A DNA stretch of 20,639 nt from contig JBFMGU010000190.1 in the NCBI GenBank assembly GCA_040752415.1, positions 1 to 20,639 on the forward strand, given 5' to 3'. Under the pieces are notes generated by a model. It ran no database searches, had not been told where the DNA came from, and saw only the letters and a list, made by a program, of their open reading frames with translations. Shown piece after piece: positions 7,012-16,006 of the stretch; position 1 is the stretch's first letter, and each line of letters opens with the position of its first letter. The translations under genes were made by a program, and so were the position numbers. Source of the stretch: Myxococcota bacterium (GTDB taxonomy: Bacteria; Myxococcota; JACRCW01).

Positions 7012-8091
7012 TTATTGTGGCGCCACGACGTACGTCGCGAACATCCCCTCACCGACGTGGTCAATGAGGTGGCAGTGGTACATCCACTCGCCGGCGCGGC
7101 TCTCGTGCCATTCGATGGTGCGCCCGTGAAGCGGGGAGAGGTCGACGATGTTGTCGATGATTCCGCCGTTCGGACATTCACCCGTCTCGTCGGGAACACC
7201 GCCGCGGTCGCAGAAGCTGTGGCCGTGGACCCCAAAGGTGTGCCAGTCGTCCGGGGAAACATTCAGCAGACGCCAGCGGACCAGGTTTCCCACCGTCGCT
7301 GATGCGTGCAGGTCATTCGTCCTCCGATAGCCTTCGGGACGAAGCTCGATCACCGCCAGCCGACCGTCGGCACGTCCGTTGAAGGTCATGACAAATGAGC
7401 CCGGCGCTCCGCTGCCGGAACCGCTCCCGGAGCCATGGCCCTCCTCCACCTCCCCTCCCTCGACGCCGAGCTGCCCCATGAACAGCACGAACTCGCGGTC
7501 AGCAGGTGGCTCCTCCGGATCGGGAACCACAATCGCACCATAGAATCCGTGCGCCAGCTCCTCACCGGTATCCAGGTGGGGATGGAAGGGCCACACACCG
7601 GGAGTCCGCGCGGTGACGGTGTAGACGTGGGCGCAGCCCGGGTTGACCACGCCGCGCGGGAACTCCGCGGTGCCGTCGTCATCCAGCGGGTATTCCATGC
7701 CGTGGAAGTGGGCGCTGACCGGCCGGTCCATGCGGTTCCGCAACTTGATCCGCCGCGTCTCCCCCACCGCCAGACGCAGCACCGGACCCGGCACCGTGCC
7801 GTTGTACGTCCACGCCTCGAAGCTCATCCCCTCGCGCGGCTCCAGTGTGTTGTGCTCCGCCGTCCACTCGAGATCCGCCGCGGCGTCCGCATCCTCCGGC
7901 GTGGCGCACGGCAGGACCACCGGCGTCCCCGCGTCAGCCTGCCCCGCTGCGCTCCCCGCATCCGTTGACGCGCCCGCCCCCTGCCCGCCGGACTCCTGCG
8001 GAGAGCTGCATCCCGCCACTGCCGCCCAAACACTCAACACCACCAGCACCCAGCTGGCCGCATTCCCACGCGACACCCTCGTCTGGAACAT
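7012..8091 (-). CDS. Two-domain multicopper oxidase (small laccase-like) lipoprotein
   Basis: Start at ATG 8091 (SD GAGGTGG), 359 aa; lipobox VAGC; copper motifs HFHG, WPFHPH, HTFGVHG, YHCHLIDHVGEGM; YNGTVPGP. Confidence 0.85.
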   Translation of the reverse strand: MFQTRVSRGNAASWVLVVLSVWAAVAGCSSPQESGGQGAGASTDAGSAAGQADAGTPVVLPCATPEDADAAADLEWTAEHNTLEPREGMSFEAWTYNGTVPGPVLRLAVGETRRIKLRNRMDRPVSAHFHGMEYPLDDDGTAEFPRGVVNPGCAHVYTVTARTPGVWPFHPHLDTGEELAHGFYGAIVVPDPEEPPADREFVLFMGQLGVEGGEVEEGHGSGSGSGSGAPGSFVMTFNGRADGRLAVIELRPEGYRRTNDLHASATVGNLVRWRLLNVSPDDWHTFGVHGHSFCDRGGVPDETGECPNGGIIDNIVDLSPLHGRTIEWHESRAGEWMYHCHLIDHVGEGMFATYVVAPQ

Positions 8092-8140
8092 CCGCCACCT
8101 CGCCTCAACGACGCGCTCGCCACGGCGTCGCGTCATGATC

Positions 8141-8161
8141 TTGATTTTCATTTTCAATTTC
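8141..8161. promoter_or_regulatory. Fur-family box 1 (upstream of multicopper oxidase)
   Basis: TTGATTTTCATTTTCAATTTC, AT-rich TTGA-N9-TCAA, resembles the 7-1-7 TGATAAT-N-ATTATCA box. Confidence 0.6.
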
Positions 8162-8241
8162 ATTCCCGTGAACGTGAAGTCAAGCGAAGCTTCTTCGTCG
8201 ACACTCCGCAGGAAATGCGTCGGCAAACGCAGTCCGCGACT

Positions 8242-8270
8242 TTGACATTCAATTTCAATTTCCCTAGGTT
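8242..8270 (+). promoter_or_regulatory. sigma70-type promoter overlapped by Fur-family box 2
   Basis: TTGACA (8242-8247)-N17-TAGGTT (8265-8270), 6 nt before ATG 8277; box TTGACATTCAATTTCAATTTC 8242-8262 is 18/21 identical to box 1. Confidence 0.7.
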
Positions 8271-8276
8271 GCCACC

Positions 8277-9635
8277 ATGATCAGGACACGTGGCGCGGCC
8301 CCCGGCGTGGCGGAGGGGGTGATGGTGGTGGGGGCGGGCGTGGCCGGCTTGAGCGCGGCGGTGCTGCTGGCGCGGCGTGGTGTCGAGGTGGAGGTGTGGG
8401 AGGCAGCCGACGCGCCGGGTGGCCTGTTGGCGCCGGTGCGCTTCTCCGGCCACGACTGCGACCGAGGCTCGCACCGCGTGCACCCCGCGGCGCATCCGCT
8501 CCTGCTTGAACTGACACGTGCGGCGGCGTGGACGGAGCGGCCGCGGGAGGGCCGCCTGGTCCTCGGCGGTCGGCAGATCCGTTACCCCATCCATCCCCTC
8601 GGGTTCCTGCGCGGCCTGGGCGTGGGCGCCGCCGTGGACATGGGCCTGGGCTACCTGCTGCGACGTGCCCAACGCGACCGGTACCGTCGCTGGGAGCAGG
8701 AGCGCGGCGTGGCGGAACGCAGTGATCGCGGCTTCGAGGCCTTTGTGGTGGAGCGCGTGGGCTGGGGCGCGTACCGCCGCTTCTACCGTCCCTATGCGGT
8801 CAAGGTGTGGGGAGAGGAGCCGCGGTTCATCTCGCAGTCGGTGGCCAAGCAGCGTGTCTCCATGTCCCATCCGCTGCGCAGTGTGCTCTCCGGACGGCGG
8901 CGTGCGTCCAACGCGGGGACCTTCCTCTACCCGCGCACCGGGATGGCGGAGCTGATCCGGCTGTTGCGCGCGGAGGCCGAGGCCCTGGGCGTGCGCATGC
9001 GTTTCGGTCGTCGGTTTGACGTCGCGAACGCGCCACCGGACCGTCGCCCCATCATCTTCAGTGGCAACCTGGGTGACCTGGTTCCCGACGCTGGCCTGGA
9101 GCACCGCGGGCTCTACCTGCTGCACCTGTCATTCCCCGCCGACGCCGTGAGCGAGGTGGACACCTGGTACGTTCCCGAGGGCCGCTATTGGTTCGGGCGC
9201 GTCTCCCAGCCGGCGCAGTTCTCGTCGGGATTTGCCCAGGCGGACCGCACCATCCTGTGCGTGGAGATCCCCGAAGGGCGCTGGGGCGCGCGGCGCAACT
9301 TCCTCCAGGACCTGGACTCTGTCGCGGAGCAACTGAGGCACGCGGGCATCCTGCGACGGGACGCCGGTGTCATCGACGCTTCGCAGACCTTCGTTCCGGG
9401 AGTCTATCCGCTCTATGTGCGCGGCTGGTACGACCGATGGCAGCAGGCGCTGCAGCGTGTGTCGGAGCTGGGCAACGTGTTCCCGGTGGGCCGGCAAGGC
9501 CTGTTCCTCCACTGCAACATGGACCACAGCGTGAGGATCGCGGCGGACGCGGTGGAGCACCTGGTAGGCGGCGGTAGCGTCGAGGGCTGGATGGCGCAGT
9601 GTTCCCGCTACCTGGACTTCCAGGTGCGCGATTGA
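8277..9635 (+). CDS. FAD-dependent oxidoreductase (UDP-galactopyranose mutase/protoporphyrinogen oxidase-like)
   Basis: 452 aa; VVGAGVAGLSAA...E....PGG Rossmann motif, DRGSH, FLYPRTG, YPLY, GRQGLF...NMDH. Confidence 0.8.
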   Translation: MIRTRGAAPGVAEGVMVVGAGVAGLSAAVLLARRGVEVEVWEAADAPGGLLAPVRFSGHDCDRGSHRVHPAAHPLLLELTRAAAWTERPREGRLVLGGRQIRYPIHPLGFLRGLGVGAAVDMGLGYLLRRAQRDRYRRWEQERGVAERSDRGFEAFVVERVGWGAYRRFYRPYAVKVWGEEPRFISQSVAKQRVSMSHPLRSVLSGRRRASNAGTFLYPRTGMAELIRLLRAEAEALGVRMRFGRRFDVANAPPDRRPIIFSGNLGDLVPDAGLEHRGLYLLHLSFPADAVSEVDTWYVPEGRYWFGRVSQPAQFSSGFAQADRTILCVEIPEGRWGARRNFLQDLDSVAEQLRHAGILRRDAGVIDASQTFVPGVYPLYVRGWYDRWQQALQRVSELGNVFPVGRQGLFLHCNMDHSVRIAADAVEHLVGGGSVEGWMAQCSRYLDFQVRD

Positions 9636-11872
9636 AGGAACCGGAAACGGACGCACCGGGCGCCACCACCAGCGCGGTGCTCCTGGCCCTCACCGCCGTT
9701 GCACTGCTGCTGTCAGCCCGAAGCTATCTCGAAGGCGGCGCCCCCTACGGCAACGACAACTCCGCCCACCTGGCACTGGCGGTCCACGTGGCGCGGCTGC
9801 TGGGCGCGGGCATCACGGACTTCTACTGGGAGCAGAGCAATCTTGGTCTGGCGCTGTTCCTGGCCTACCAGCCGCTCCCCTCCTTCGTGCTCGGCGTGAT
9901 GATCCTGGCGCTCGACGGCGTCATGGAGCCCGTCACGGTCTTCAAGCTCTCCGTGGTGGCGTTGTGGGCGCTGATGCCGGTGTGCTGGTACCTGGGCGCG
10001 CGTTGGATGGGGCTGGGGCGCCTTTCCGCGCTGGCGTTCGCCCTGTTGACCCTGGCCCCCCGCGACAGCCGCGACGTGGGATTGGGCCCGGCGACGGTGG
10101 CCTATACGGGGCTATACACGGAGGTCTGGGGGCTCTTGGCATTTCCGCTGGTGCTGGGCGCGTTCCACCGGAGCGTGCGCGCGCGCGACCTCGCCCTCCC
10201 CTGGGCCATCCTGGCTCTGGCGCTGGGCACCATGTGCCACCTGTTCACCGGGATGTACGCGGGCATCGCCTCCGCGTGCATTCTTCTCGTCGATCCGCGG
10301 CATCTCCGTCACCACCTTCCGCGTGCCGTGACGGTGTACCTGGGCGCCGGCGCGTTGATGGCATTCTGGCTTGGCCCCTTGCTCACCCTGCGCGCGTACC
10401 TTGGCGGCCTGCCCTGGAAGCGCGCGGGGGATGACGGATGGCCCGCGGGGCAGGTGCTGCAATCCCTCCTGACCGGGGACGTGTTCGACTTCGGCCGGCT
10501 GCCCTGGCTCACGCCCCTGGTGCTGGTCGCGTTCGCCCACGCGGTGCGTTGCTGGCGGGATGTGGCGTACCGGGCGCCGCTGGCGCTGGGTGGCGTGACG
10601 CTTGCGCTCTTCCTGGGCCGCACGAACTGGGGCGAAGCGTATGACCTCCTGCCGCTGCACCGGCACGTCAACGTGATGCGCTACCTGGTGGGCCTCCACG
10701 TTTGCGGGGTGTGGCTGGTGGCGCTGTGGGCGCGTGACGTCGTCACCTGGCTCAGCCGTCAGCCGCACCTCTCCCGCGCGCTTCCTCTGGCGTTGGGCGT
10801 GACGTTCACGGGCTACCTGGCGGAGCGGAGCACGTTCTTCCACGAGATCCTCAAGACCTTCGACCACCAGGAGCCACATTTCTCGTCGGTGGCCACGCAT
10901 CTCGCGGACGACCCGGAGCACCGCTTCGCCGTTGACGAGACGCTGGGCACCGGCAGCCACTTCCACCGCGACCTCCTGCCCCTGCTGGCCGGTCGGGCCC
11001 AGCTCCAGTCCTATGCGCTGGGATTCCACGCCACGCTAAGCACCTACTATGCGGAGCAGTTCGTCCTGGATCGCAACTGGCTGCGCCTGTTCAACGTGGG
11101 CGAGCTGGTTTCCCGCGACGGGCGCTCGCCCGGGAACACGTTTCCGGTGGTGCATCGCGCCGGCCCCTACGCGGTCCATGCGGTGCCGGGCGCCGAGGAA
11201 TGGGGCTATTTCGACTTCGGTCGCGCCGCGGTCCAGGTGAAGGGTCCGCTGCGCGACATGCGTCCCACGCTGCGCCTGCTGGCCCCCGAGCTGTTCTCAC
11301 GCGGCATCCTGATTGGGCTCCTGCCCCTTGATGGACCGGTGATGACGCGCGTCGCCGGCGAGGACGCGTGGTGGCCCGCGGAGGACCCCAACACGTGGCG
11401 GCGGTTGAGGGACCTGCCCTCGCAGCCTGTTCCCGCCCGGGTGCTCAGCAGCCAGCGCGACCTCAGCGGCTACGCCGCGCGCGTCGTGGGCGACGGGGAC
11501 GCGTGGCTGATGCTGAAGGTCGGGTACTTCCCCTTCTGGCGTGCCGAGGTGGACAACCAGCCCGTCGTCATCCACCACGTGGCGCCCAACTTCATGGCCG
11601 TGGCGGTACCGCCTGGAGTCCACGACGTGCGTTTCACCTACCGCAATCCAACCTGGCAGAAGCTGCTGGCGGCGGTCAGCGGTGGCGCCTTGTTGCTGTG
11701 GCTCGGCCTTGCGCTCGTCGTCCGGTGGCGGAAGGACCGCGCCCGCGGCTTCACAACGGACCCCCGCCGCGCGCCGCCGCCCGCAGCATCTCCACATCAA
11801 ACCCCCACCGCGTATAGCTCCGCTCAATCACCTCCAGGTACCGCCGCGCGGGCGCGCGGGGCTCCCCGGTGA
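9632..11872 (+). CDS. Multi-pass membrane protein, YfhO/GT-C glycosyltransferase-like
   Basis: Many hydrophobic helices; D...H motif after TM1 (GNDNSAH), FLAYQP, C-terminal YFPFWRAEVD...NFMAVAVPPGVHDVRFTY plus final TM; start uncertain (TTG 9632 overlaps upstream stop). Confidence 0.7.
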   Translation: MKEPETDAPGATTSAVLLALTAVALLLSARSYLEGGAPYGNDNSAHLALAVHVARLLGAGITDFYWEQSNLGLALFLAYQPLPSFVLGVMILALDGVMEPVTVFKLSVVALWALMPVCWYLGARWMGLGRLSALAFALLTLAPRDSRDVGLGPATVAYTGLYTEVWGLLAFPLVLGAFHRSVRARDLALPWAILALALGTMCHLFTGMYAGIASACILLVDPRHLRHHLPRAVTVYLGAGALMAFWLGPLLTLRAYLGGLPWKRAGDDGWPAGQVLQSLLTGDVFDFGRLPWLTPLVLVAFAHAVRCWRDVAYRAPLALGGVTLALFLGRTNWGEAYDLLPLHRHVNVMRYLVGLHVCGVWLVALWARDVVTWLSRQPHLSRALPLALGVTFTGYLAERSTFFHEILKTFDHQEPHFSSVATHLADDPEHRFAVDETLGTGSHFHRDLLPLLAGRAQLQSYALGFHATLSTYYAEQFVLDRNWLRLFNVGELVSRDGRSPGNTFPVVHRAGPYAVHAVPGAEEWGYFDFGRAAVQVKGPLRDMRPTLRLLAPELFSRGILIGLLPLDGPVMTRVAGEDAWWPAEDPNTWRRLRDLPSQPVPARVLSSQRDLSGYAARVVGDGDAWLMLKVGYFPFWRAEVDNQPVVIHHVAPNFMAVAVPPGVHDVRFTYRNPTWQKLLAAVSGGALLLWLGLALVVRWRKDRARGFTTDPRRAPPPAASPHQTPTAYSSAQSPPGTAARARGAPR

Positions 11873-12200
11873 GCGGCAGGATGTACACCCATGCCTCCGT
11901 CCGCGCCTCACCCACGTCCACCGTCGTCACCACGCGCTCGTACTCGTGCGGGTGGCCTTCAAAGCCATCCAGCAACTGGAGGTCCTCCGCGGTGACGTCG
12001 TAGAGGACGCCGGGCACGTGCGCGCCGGCGCGCGGAACCACGGTGGCGGTGGCGCCGCCCCAGGAGCGGGAGAAGCCTCCAAACGCCAGCGCGTATTCTC
12101 GCAAGACGCCGCGCGGCCCCACCCGCGACGACGGGCAACGCCGCCGCATCTGCGCCTCATCCAGGTTGGAGCCGTAGGCAAAGTACCGGCGCGGAAGCAT
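11751..12200 (-). CDS. Gamma-glutamylcyclotransferase (AIG2-like) family protein
   Basis: YFAYGSNL, GVLY, LDGFEG, YER, AWVY; start taken at ATG 12200 (149 aa). Confidence 0.85.
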   Translation of the reverse strand: MLPRRYFAYGSNLDEAQMRRRCPSSRVGPRGVLREYALAFGGFSRSWGGATATVVPRAGAHVPGVLYDVTAEDLQLLDGFEGHPHEYERVVTTVDVGEARTEAWVYILPLTGEPRAPARRYLEVIERSYTRWGFDVEMLRAAARGGGPL

Positions 12201-12274
12201 GGCCCACTCTGCGTTGCCTGTGCGTGTCCTCGCAACCCGTGGTTTCCGCTCGCGTCCCGGGTTACGCACAGCGC

Positions 12275-13060
12275 ATGCAGACCGGTCTGAAGGAACGTGT
12301 TGCCGTCGTCGCTGCCTCCAGCCAGGGCATTGGTCTGGCGGTGGCCCATGCGCTGGCCGCGGAAGGTGCGCGCGTGGCCATGTTCGCCCGCCGTCCCGAC
12401 GTGCTCAGCCGCGCCGCCGACGAGGTCCGTGCCGCCCACAACGTCCCCGTCCTCTCCCGTCCTCTCGACGCCACCGACCCCGCGGGCGTCGAGGACTTCA
12501 TCAACCAGGTGACCTCCGAGTGGGGCCGGCTGGACATCTGCGTGGCCAACGCCGGCGGGCCGCCCGCCAAGCCCTTCGTCGAGACCACCACGCACGAGTG
12601 GCGCTCCGCCGTGGAGACCAACTTCCTCTCCGTGGTGCACCTCTTCCGCGCCGCCATCCCGCACCTGCAGCAGCGGAAGTGGGGCCGCCTCATCACCATC
12701 ACCTCCTCCACGGTGAAGCAGCCGCTGCAGGACCTGGTGCTCTCCAACGCCGTGCGCGCGGGCGTGGTGGGACTGGTGAAGAGCCTGGCCAATGAGCTGG
12801 GCCGCGACGGAATCCTCGTCAACAACGTGGCCCCCGGGTACACCGCCACGGATCGCCTGCATGAGCTTGCCGCTCGTCGGGCGGGGCCGGGTGGCAAGGC
12901 GCAGGACGTGTTCGAGCGCTGGGCCGCCGACGTCCCCGTGGGCCGCGTGGCCAATCCCGCAGAGATTGCCGACGCCGTGGTGTGGCTGGCCAGCGAGCGC
13001 GCGTCCTATGTCACCGGGCAGACGCTCCTCGTCGACGGCGGAAAGTATCCCGGGCTGTAA
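12275..13060 (+). CDS. Short-chain dehydrogenase/reductase (3-oxoacyl-ACP reductase-like)
   Basis: AASSQGIG, NAGGPP, SNAVR in place of YxxxK, VNNVAPG, TGQTLLVDGG; start ATG 12275 (261 aa). Confidence 0.88.
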   Translation: MQTGLKERVAVVAASSQGIGLAVAHALAAEGARVAMFARRPDVLSRAADEVRAAHNVPVLSRPLDATDPAGVEDFINQVTSEWGRLDICVANAGGPPAKPFVETTTHEWRSAVETNFLSVVHLFRAAIPHLQQRKWGRLITITSSTVKQPLQDLVLSNAVRAGVVGLVKSLANELGRDGILVNNVAPGYTATDRLHELAARRAGPGGKAQDVFERWAADVPVGRVANPAEIADAVVWLASERASYVTGQTLLVDGGKYPGL

Positions 13061-13116
13061 CGGCGTTGACTTGCGGCGAATCATGCCTATCGGTGGAGCG
13101 CAAAGGAGGTGTGGCT

Positions 13117-13704
13117 TTGAACAGGGTCCTCTTCCGTGGTGCAGGCGTGGTGGCTGTCGTGGTGATGCTCTCGGGTTGCGGCATCAACGAGGTGGTGGAC
13201 CGCGACGAGGACGTCAAAGCCGCGTGGGCGGAGGTGCAGAACCAGTACCAGCGTCGGGCGGACCTGGTGCCCAACCTGGTCAGCGTGGTGAAAGGCGCGG
13301 CCAACTTCGAGCAGCAGACCCTCACCGCCGTCACCGAGGCGCGCGCCAGCGTGGGGAGCATGAAGGTGGACGCCTCCATCCTCGACGACCCCAACCGCTT
13401 CCGCCAGTTCGAGCAGGCGCAGCAGCAGCTCTCCAGCGCGCTCTCGCGCTTGCTGGTGGTGAGTGAGAACTACCCGGACCTCAAGGCCAGCGCCGCGTTC
13501 CGCGACCTCATGGTGCAGCTGGAAGGCACGGAGAACCGCATTGCCGTGGCGCGACAACGCTTCAACCTCGCCGTGGCCGAGTACAACAAGGTGGTGCAGC
13601 GCTTCCCCACCATGATTGGCGCGATGATCCGCGGCAAGAACGTGCGGCCCACGTTCGAGGCGCACACGCCCGGCGCGGAGCGCGCTCCCGAGGTGAAATT
13701 CTGA
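13117..13704 (+). CDS. lemA: LemA family protein
   Basis: AW..V.NQYQRRADLVPNLV, ENYPDLKA, LEGTENRIAVAR; SD AAAGGAGG then TTG 13117; LSGC lipobox-like. Confidence 0.92.
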   Translation: MNRVLFRGAGVVAVVVMLSGCGINEVVDRDEDVKAAWAEVQNQYQRRADLVPNLVSVVKGAANFEQQTLTAVTEARASVGSMKVDASILDDPNRFRQFEQAQQQLSSALSRLLVVSENYPDLKASAAFRDLMVQLEGTENRIAVARQRFNLAVAEYNKVVQRFPTMIGAMIRGKNVRPTFEAHTPGAERAPEVKF

Positions 13705-14531
13705 TGACCTCCCGTGCGGCCGTGCTGGCGTTGTGGCTTGCCAGCGGGTCGGCCCTGGCGCTGGAGGTCCCCGCCGTCACCCGCCGGGTCAACGACCAAG
13801 CCGGCGTGCTCTCGTCGACGGACCAGGCGCGCCTGGAACAGCGGCTGGCCGACTATGAACGCCAGACCGGTCACCAGTTCGCGGTGCTGATCATTCCCTC
13901 GCTGCAGGGTGACCCGCTCGAGGATTACGCGCTGCGCGCGGCGGAGAAGTGGCGGCTGGGTGACAAGCGCCGTGACGACGGACTGCTCGTGCTGGTTTCG
14001 GTGCAGGACCGCAAGGCGCGCATCGAGGTGGGCTACGGCCTGGAGGGAGCCATCCCCGACGTGCTCGCGGGCCGCGTGATCCGGGAGGCTTTCGCCCCGC
14101 ACTTCGCCAGCGGGAACTATGCGCGCGGACTGGAGACGGGGCTGGAGCTGCTGATGCGCGCGGCGCGGGGGGAGAACGTGGGGCCGCCGTCGCGAGGGCC
14201 CGTGGGCACCGGACCGCCGCCGTTCATGTTCATCCTGGTCCTGCTGCTCTTCCTCAACGCGTTCTTCGGCTGGCTGCCGCGCCTGCTGCGCATGCCGTTC
14301 ATCGGGTTCTGCGGCGGCGCGCTGGGTTGGTTCTTCTGGGGCATCCTGGGCGCGGTGGGGCTGGGACTGCTCGGGTTCATGGTGGGGTTCGTGCGGCTCT
14401 CGAGTGGAATGGGCTTTGGTCATCACCACCACCATCACGGCTGGCGCTCCAGCGGGTGGCGCTCGTCGGGCGGCGGGTTCTCCGGCGGTGGTGGGCGCTT
14501 TGGCGGCGGTGGCGCCTCGGGAGGCTGGTGA
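13704..14531 (+). CDS. TPM domain-containing membrane protein (YgcG-like)
   Basis: Signal peptide, VND.AGVLS, RIEVGYGLEGAIPD, TM region, Gly-rich tail GGGFSGGGGRFGGGGASGGW; start overlaps lemA stop (TGATG). Confidence 0.9.
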   Translation: MTSRAAVLALWLASGSALALEVPAVTRRVNDQAGVLSSTDQARLEQRLADYERQTGHQFAVLIIPSLQGDPLEDYALRAAEKWRLGDKRRDDGLLVLVSVQDRKARIEVGYGLEGAIPDVLAGRVIREAFAPHFASGNYARGLETGLELLMRAARGENVGPPSRGPVGTGPPPFMFILVLLLFLNAFFGWLPRLLRMPFIGFCGGALGWFFWGILGAVGLGLLGFMVGFVRLSSGMGFGHHHHHHGWRSSGWRSSGGGFSGGGGRFGGGGASGGW

Positions 14532-15145
14532 TGGCGTTGCTCGACGAGAAGGACCTGGCCCGCATTGCCGCCGCGGTGAAGCGCGTGGAGGAGAACACCG
14601 CGGGTGAGATCGTCGTGGTGGTGGAGCCGCAGTGCGACACCTACGGCACCTGGCGCGCCCTGGGGGCGGCGCTGTTCACCCTGGCCGTCTCCCTCGGCGT
14701 GCACCTGTTCATCCCCGGTGTTCCCGAGGGGAGCGTGCTGGCGGCGCAATTGCCGCTGGGTCTGTTCGCGTGGTGGCTGTGCGGACTGCCGCGCGTCCTC
14801 ATCCGACTCGCGCCCCAGGCCGCGGAGATGGCCGCGGTGGACCGCCAGGCCAAGCTGGCCTTCCTCGAGAACGGCGTGCACCGCACGCGCGACCGCAGCG
14901 GCATCCTGGTGTTCATCGCAGAAGCGGAGCGTCGTGTGGAGATCCTTGCCGACGAGGGAATCCATCAACGCATGGGCGAGGCAACCTGGCAGCAGCACGT
15001 GGACGCGATGATCGGGGCCATTCGCAGTGGTCGCGCCGCGGATGGCATCTGTGAGCAGGTGGAGGCCATGGGCCGCGTGCTGGCGCAATCTTTTCCCCGT
15101 CGTCCCGACGACACCAACGAGCTGCCCGACACCGTCCGGCACTGA
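14531..15145 (+). CDS. TPM domain-containing membrane protein (second type)
   Basis: E..T.GEIV, T.DRSGILVFI..AERRVEILADEGI, DTNELPD; start overlaps upstream stop (TGATG); 204 aa. Confidence 0.88.
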   Translation: MALLDEKDLARIAAAVKRVEENTAGEIVVVVEPQCDTYGTWRALGAALFTLAVSLGVHLFIPGVPEGSVLAAQLPLGLFAWWLCGLPRVLIRLAPQAAEMAAVDRQAKLAFLENGVHRTRDRSGILVFIAEAERRVEILADEGIHQRMGEATWQQHVDAMIGAIRSGRAADGICEQVEAMGRVLAQSFPRRPDDTNELPDTVRH

Positions 15146-15262
15146 CTCCGTTGAACACGCGCAACCACGGCACCGTCCAACGACGTCGCGAGACATGGAC
15201 ACGGCCGCGGTGCGCGGTCCATCCTCCGTCGCGCGAATCCAACCCCTTCAAGGAGAAGAACC

Positions 15263-15844
15263 ATGAAGCGTATGCGCAATGCGTTGTTCCTCACCGCTTC
15301 CCTGCTCGCCGCCGTGAGCGCCGTGGCCCAGGAGGGCGGTGCCGCCCCCGCCGCGCCCGCCTCGCCGTGGCCCGCCAACGTGACGGAAGTGAAGGTGGAG
15401 AAGGGCAAGACCGCCAGCGTCAAGGGCAGCCTGGACAAGGGCGCGGTGGTGGAGGACCTGACCTGGGCGGCCAACAGCTCCGTGGCCTGCTTCCCCGCCA
15501 CGCAGAATGAGCGCTTCCGCGGCAACCACGTCTTCTACGCCACGCAGATCCCGCCCAAGTCCATCATGAAGATCACCGTGGTCCCCGACGATCCCAAGGC
15601 GGACATGAGCATCTACGCGTACACGGTGGGCACCACCAACTACGCGCTCCCCCCCAAGCTCTCCTCGGTGGTGTCCTGTGAGGCGGAGCACAAGTGGGAC
15701 CGGCCCAAGAAGGGCAAGACCCAGGATCACACGCGCACCGTGCAGCTCAACGCGGTGGGCAACCCGTACAACGTCGTCATTGCCGTGGCCGGTCCCAAGG
15801 ACGTGAAGGCCGGCAGCTACACGCTGAACATCGAGCTGCAGTGA
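15263..15844 (+). CDS. Secreted hypothetical protein
   Basis: 193 aa; SD AAGGAG; signal peptide ending AVA-Q; strong codon bias; two Cys; beta-rich. Confidence 0.8.
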   Translation: MKRMRNALFLTASLLAAVSAVAQEGGAAPAAPASPWPANVTEVKVEKGKTASVKGSLDKGAVVEDLTWAANSSVACFPATQNERFRGNHVFYATQIPPKSIMKITVVPDDPKADMSIYAYTVGTTNYALPPKLSSVVSCEAEHKWDRPKKGKTQDHTRTVQLNAVGNPYNVVIAVAGPKDVKAGSYTLNIELQ

Positions 15845-16006
15845 TTTCCGGGACGCGGTCGCCGACTTCTCCTCGCGCGACGAGCCGTCCCCACCCCGCC
15901 CATGCAACCGACATCTCCGGCGGAGTCTTCATCATGGACTCCAGCGACGGCGATGCCACGTCGTCACATGAGGGTTACCTCTGGCCTTGGGGGACTGGAG
16001 GTTGTC

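Noticed and set aside
179..7262. Long ORFs 179-2086(-), 1774-4449(+), 2582-3988(+), 4266-7262(-)
   Set aside because: Antisense shadow frames of rsr, rtcR and rtcBA, typical of high-GC DNA; no recognisable motifs
8092..8226. N-terminal extension of the multicopper oxidase ORF (MPTHF...MKLKMKIKIM)
   Set aside because: Runs through the AT-rich operator/promoter; ATG 8091 has an SD and gives a proper lipoprotein signal
12275..13060. SDR lacking YxxxK as a pseudogene or novelty
   Set aside because: SxxxR together with NAGGPP is a common SDR subgroup pattern and the ORF is intact
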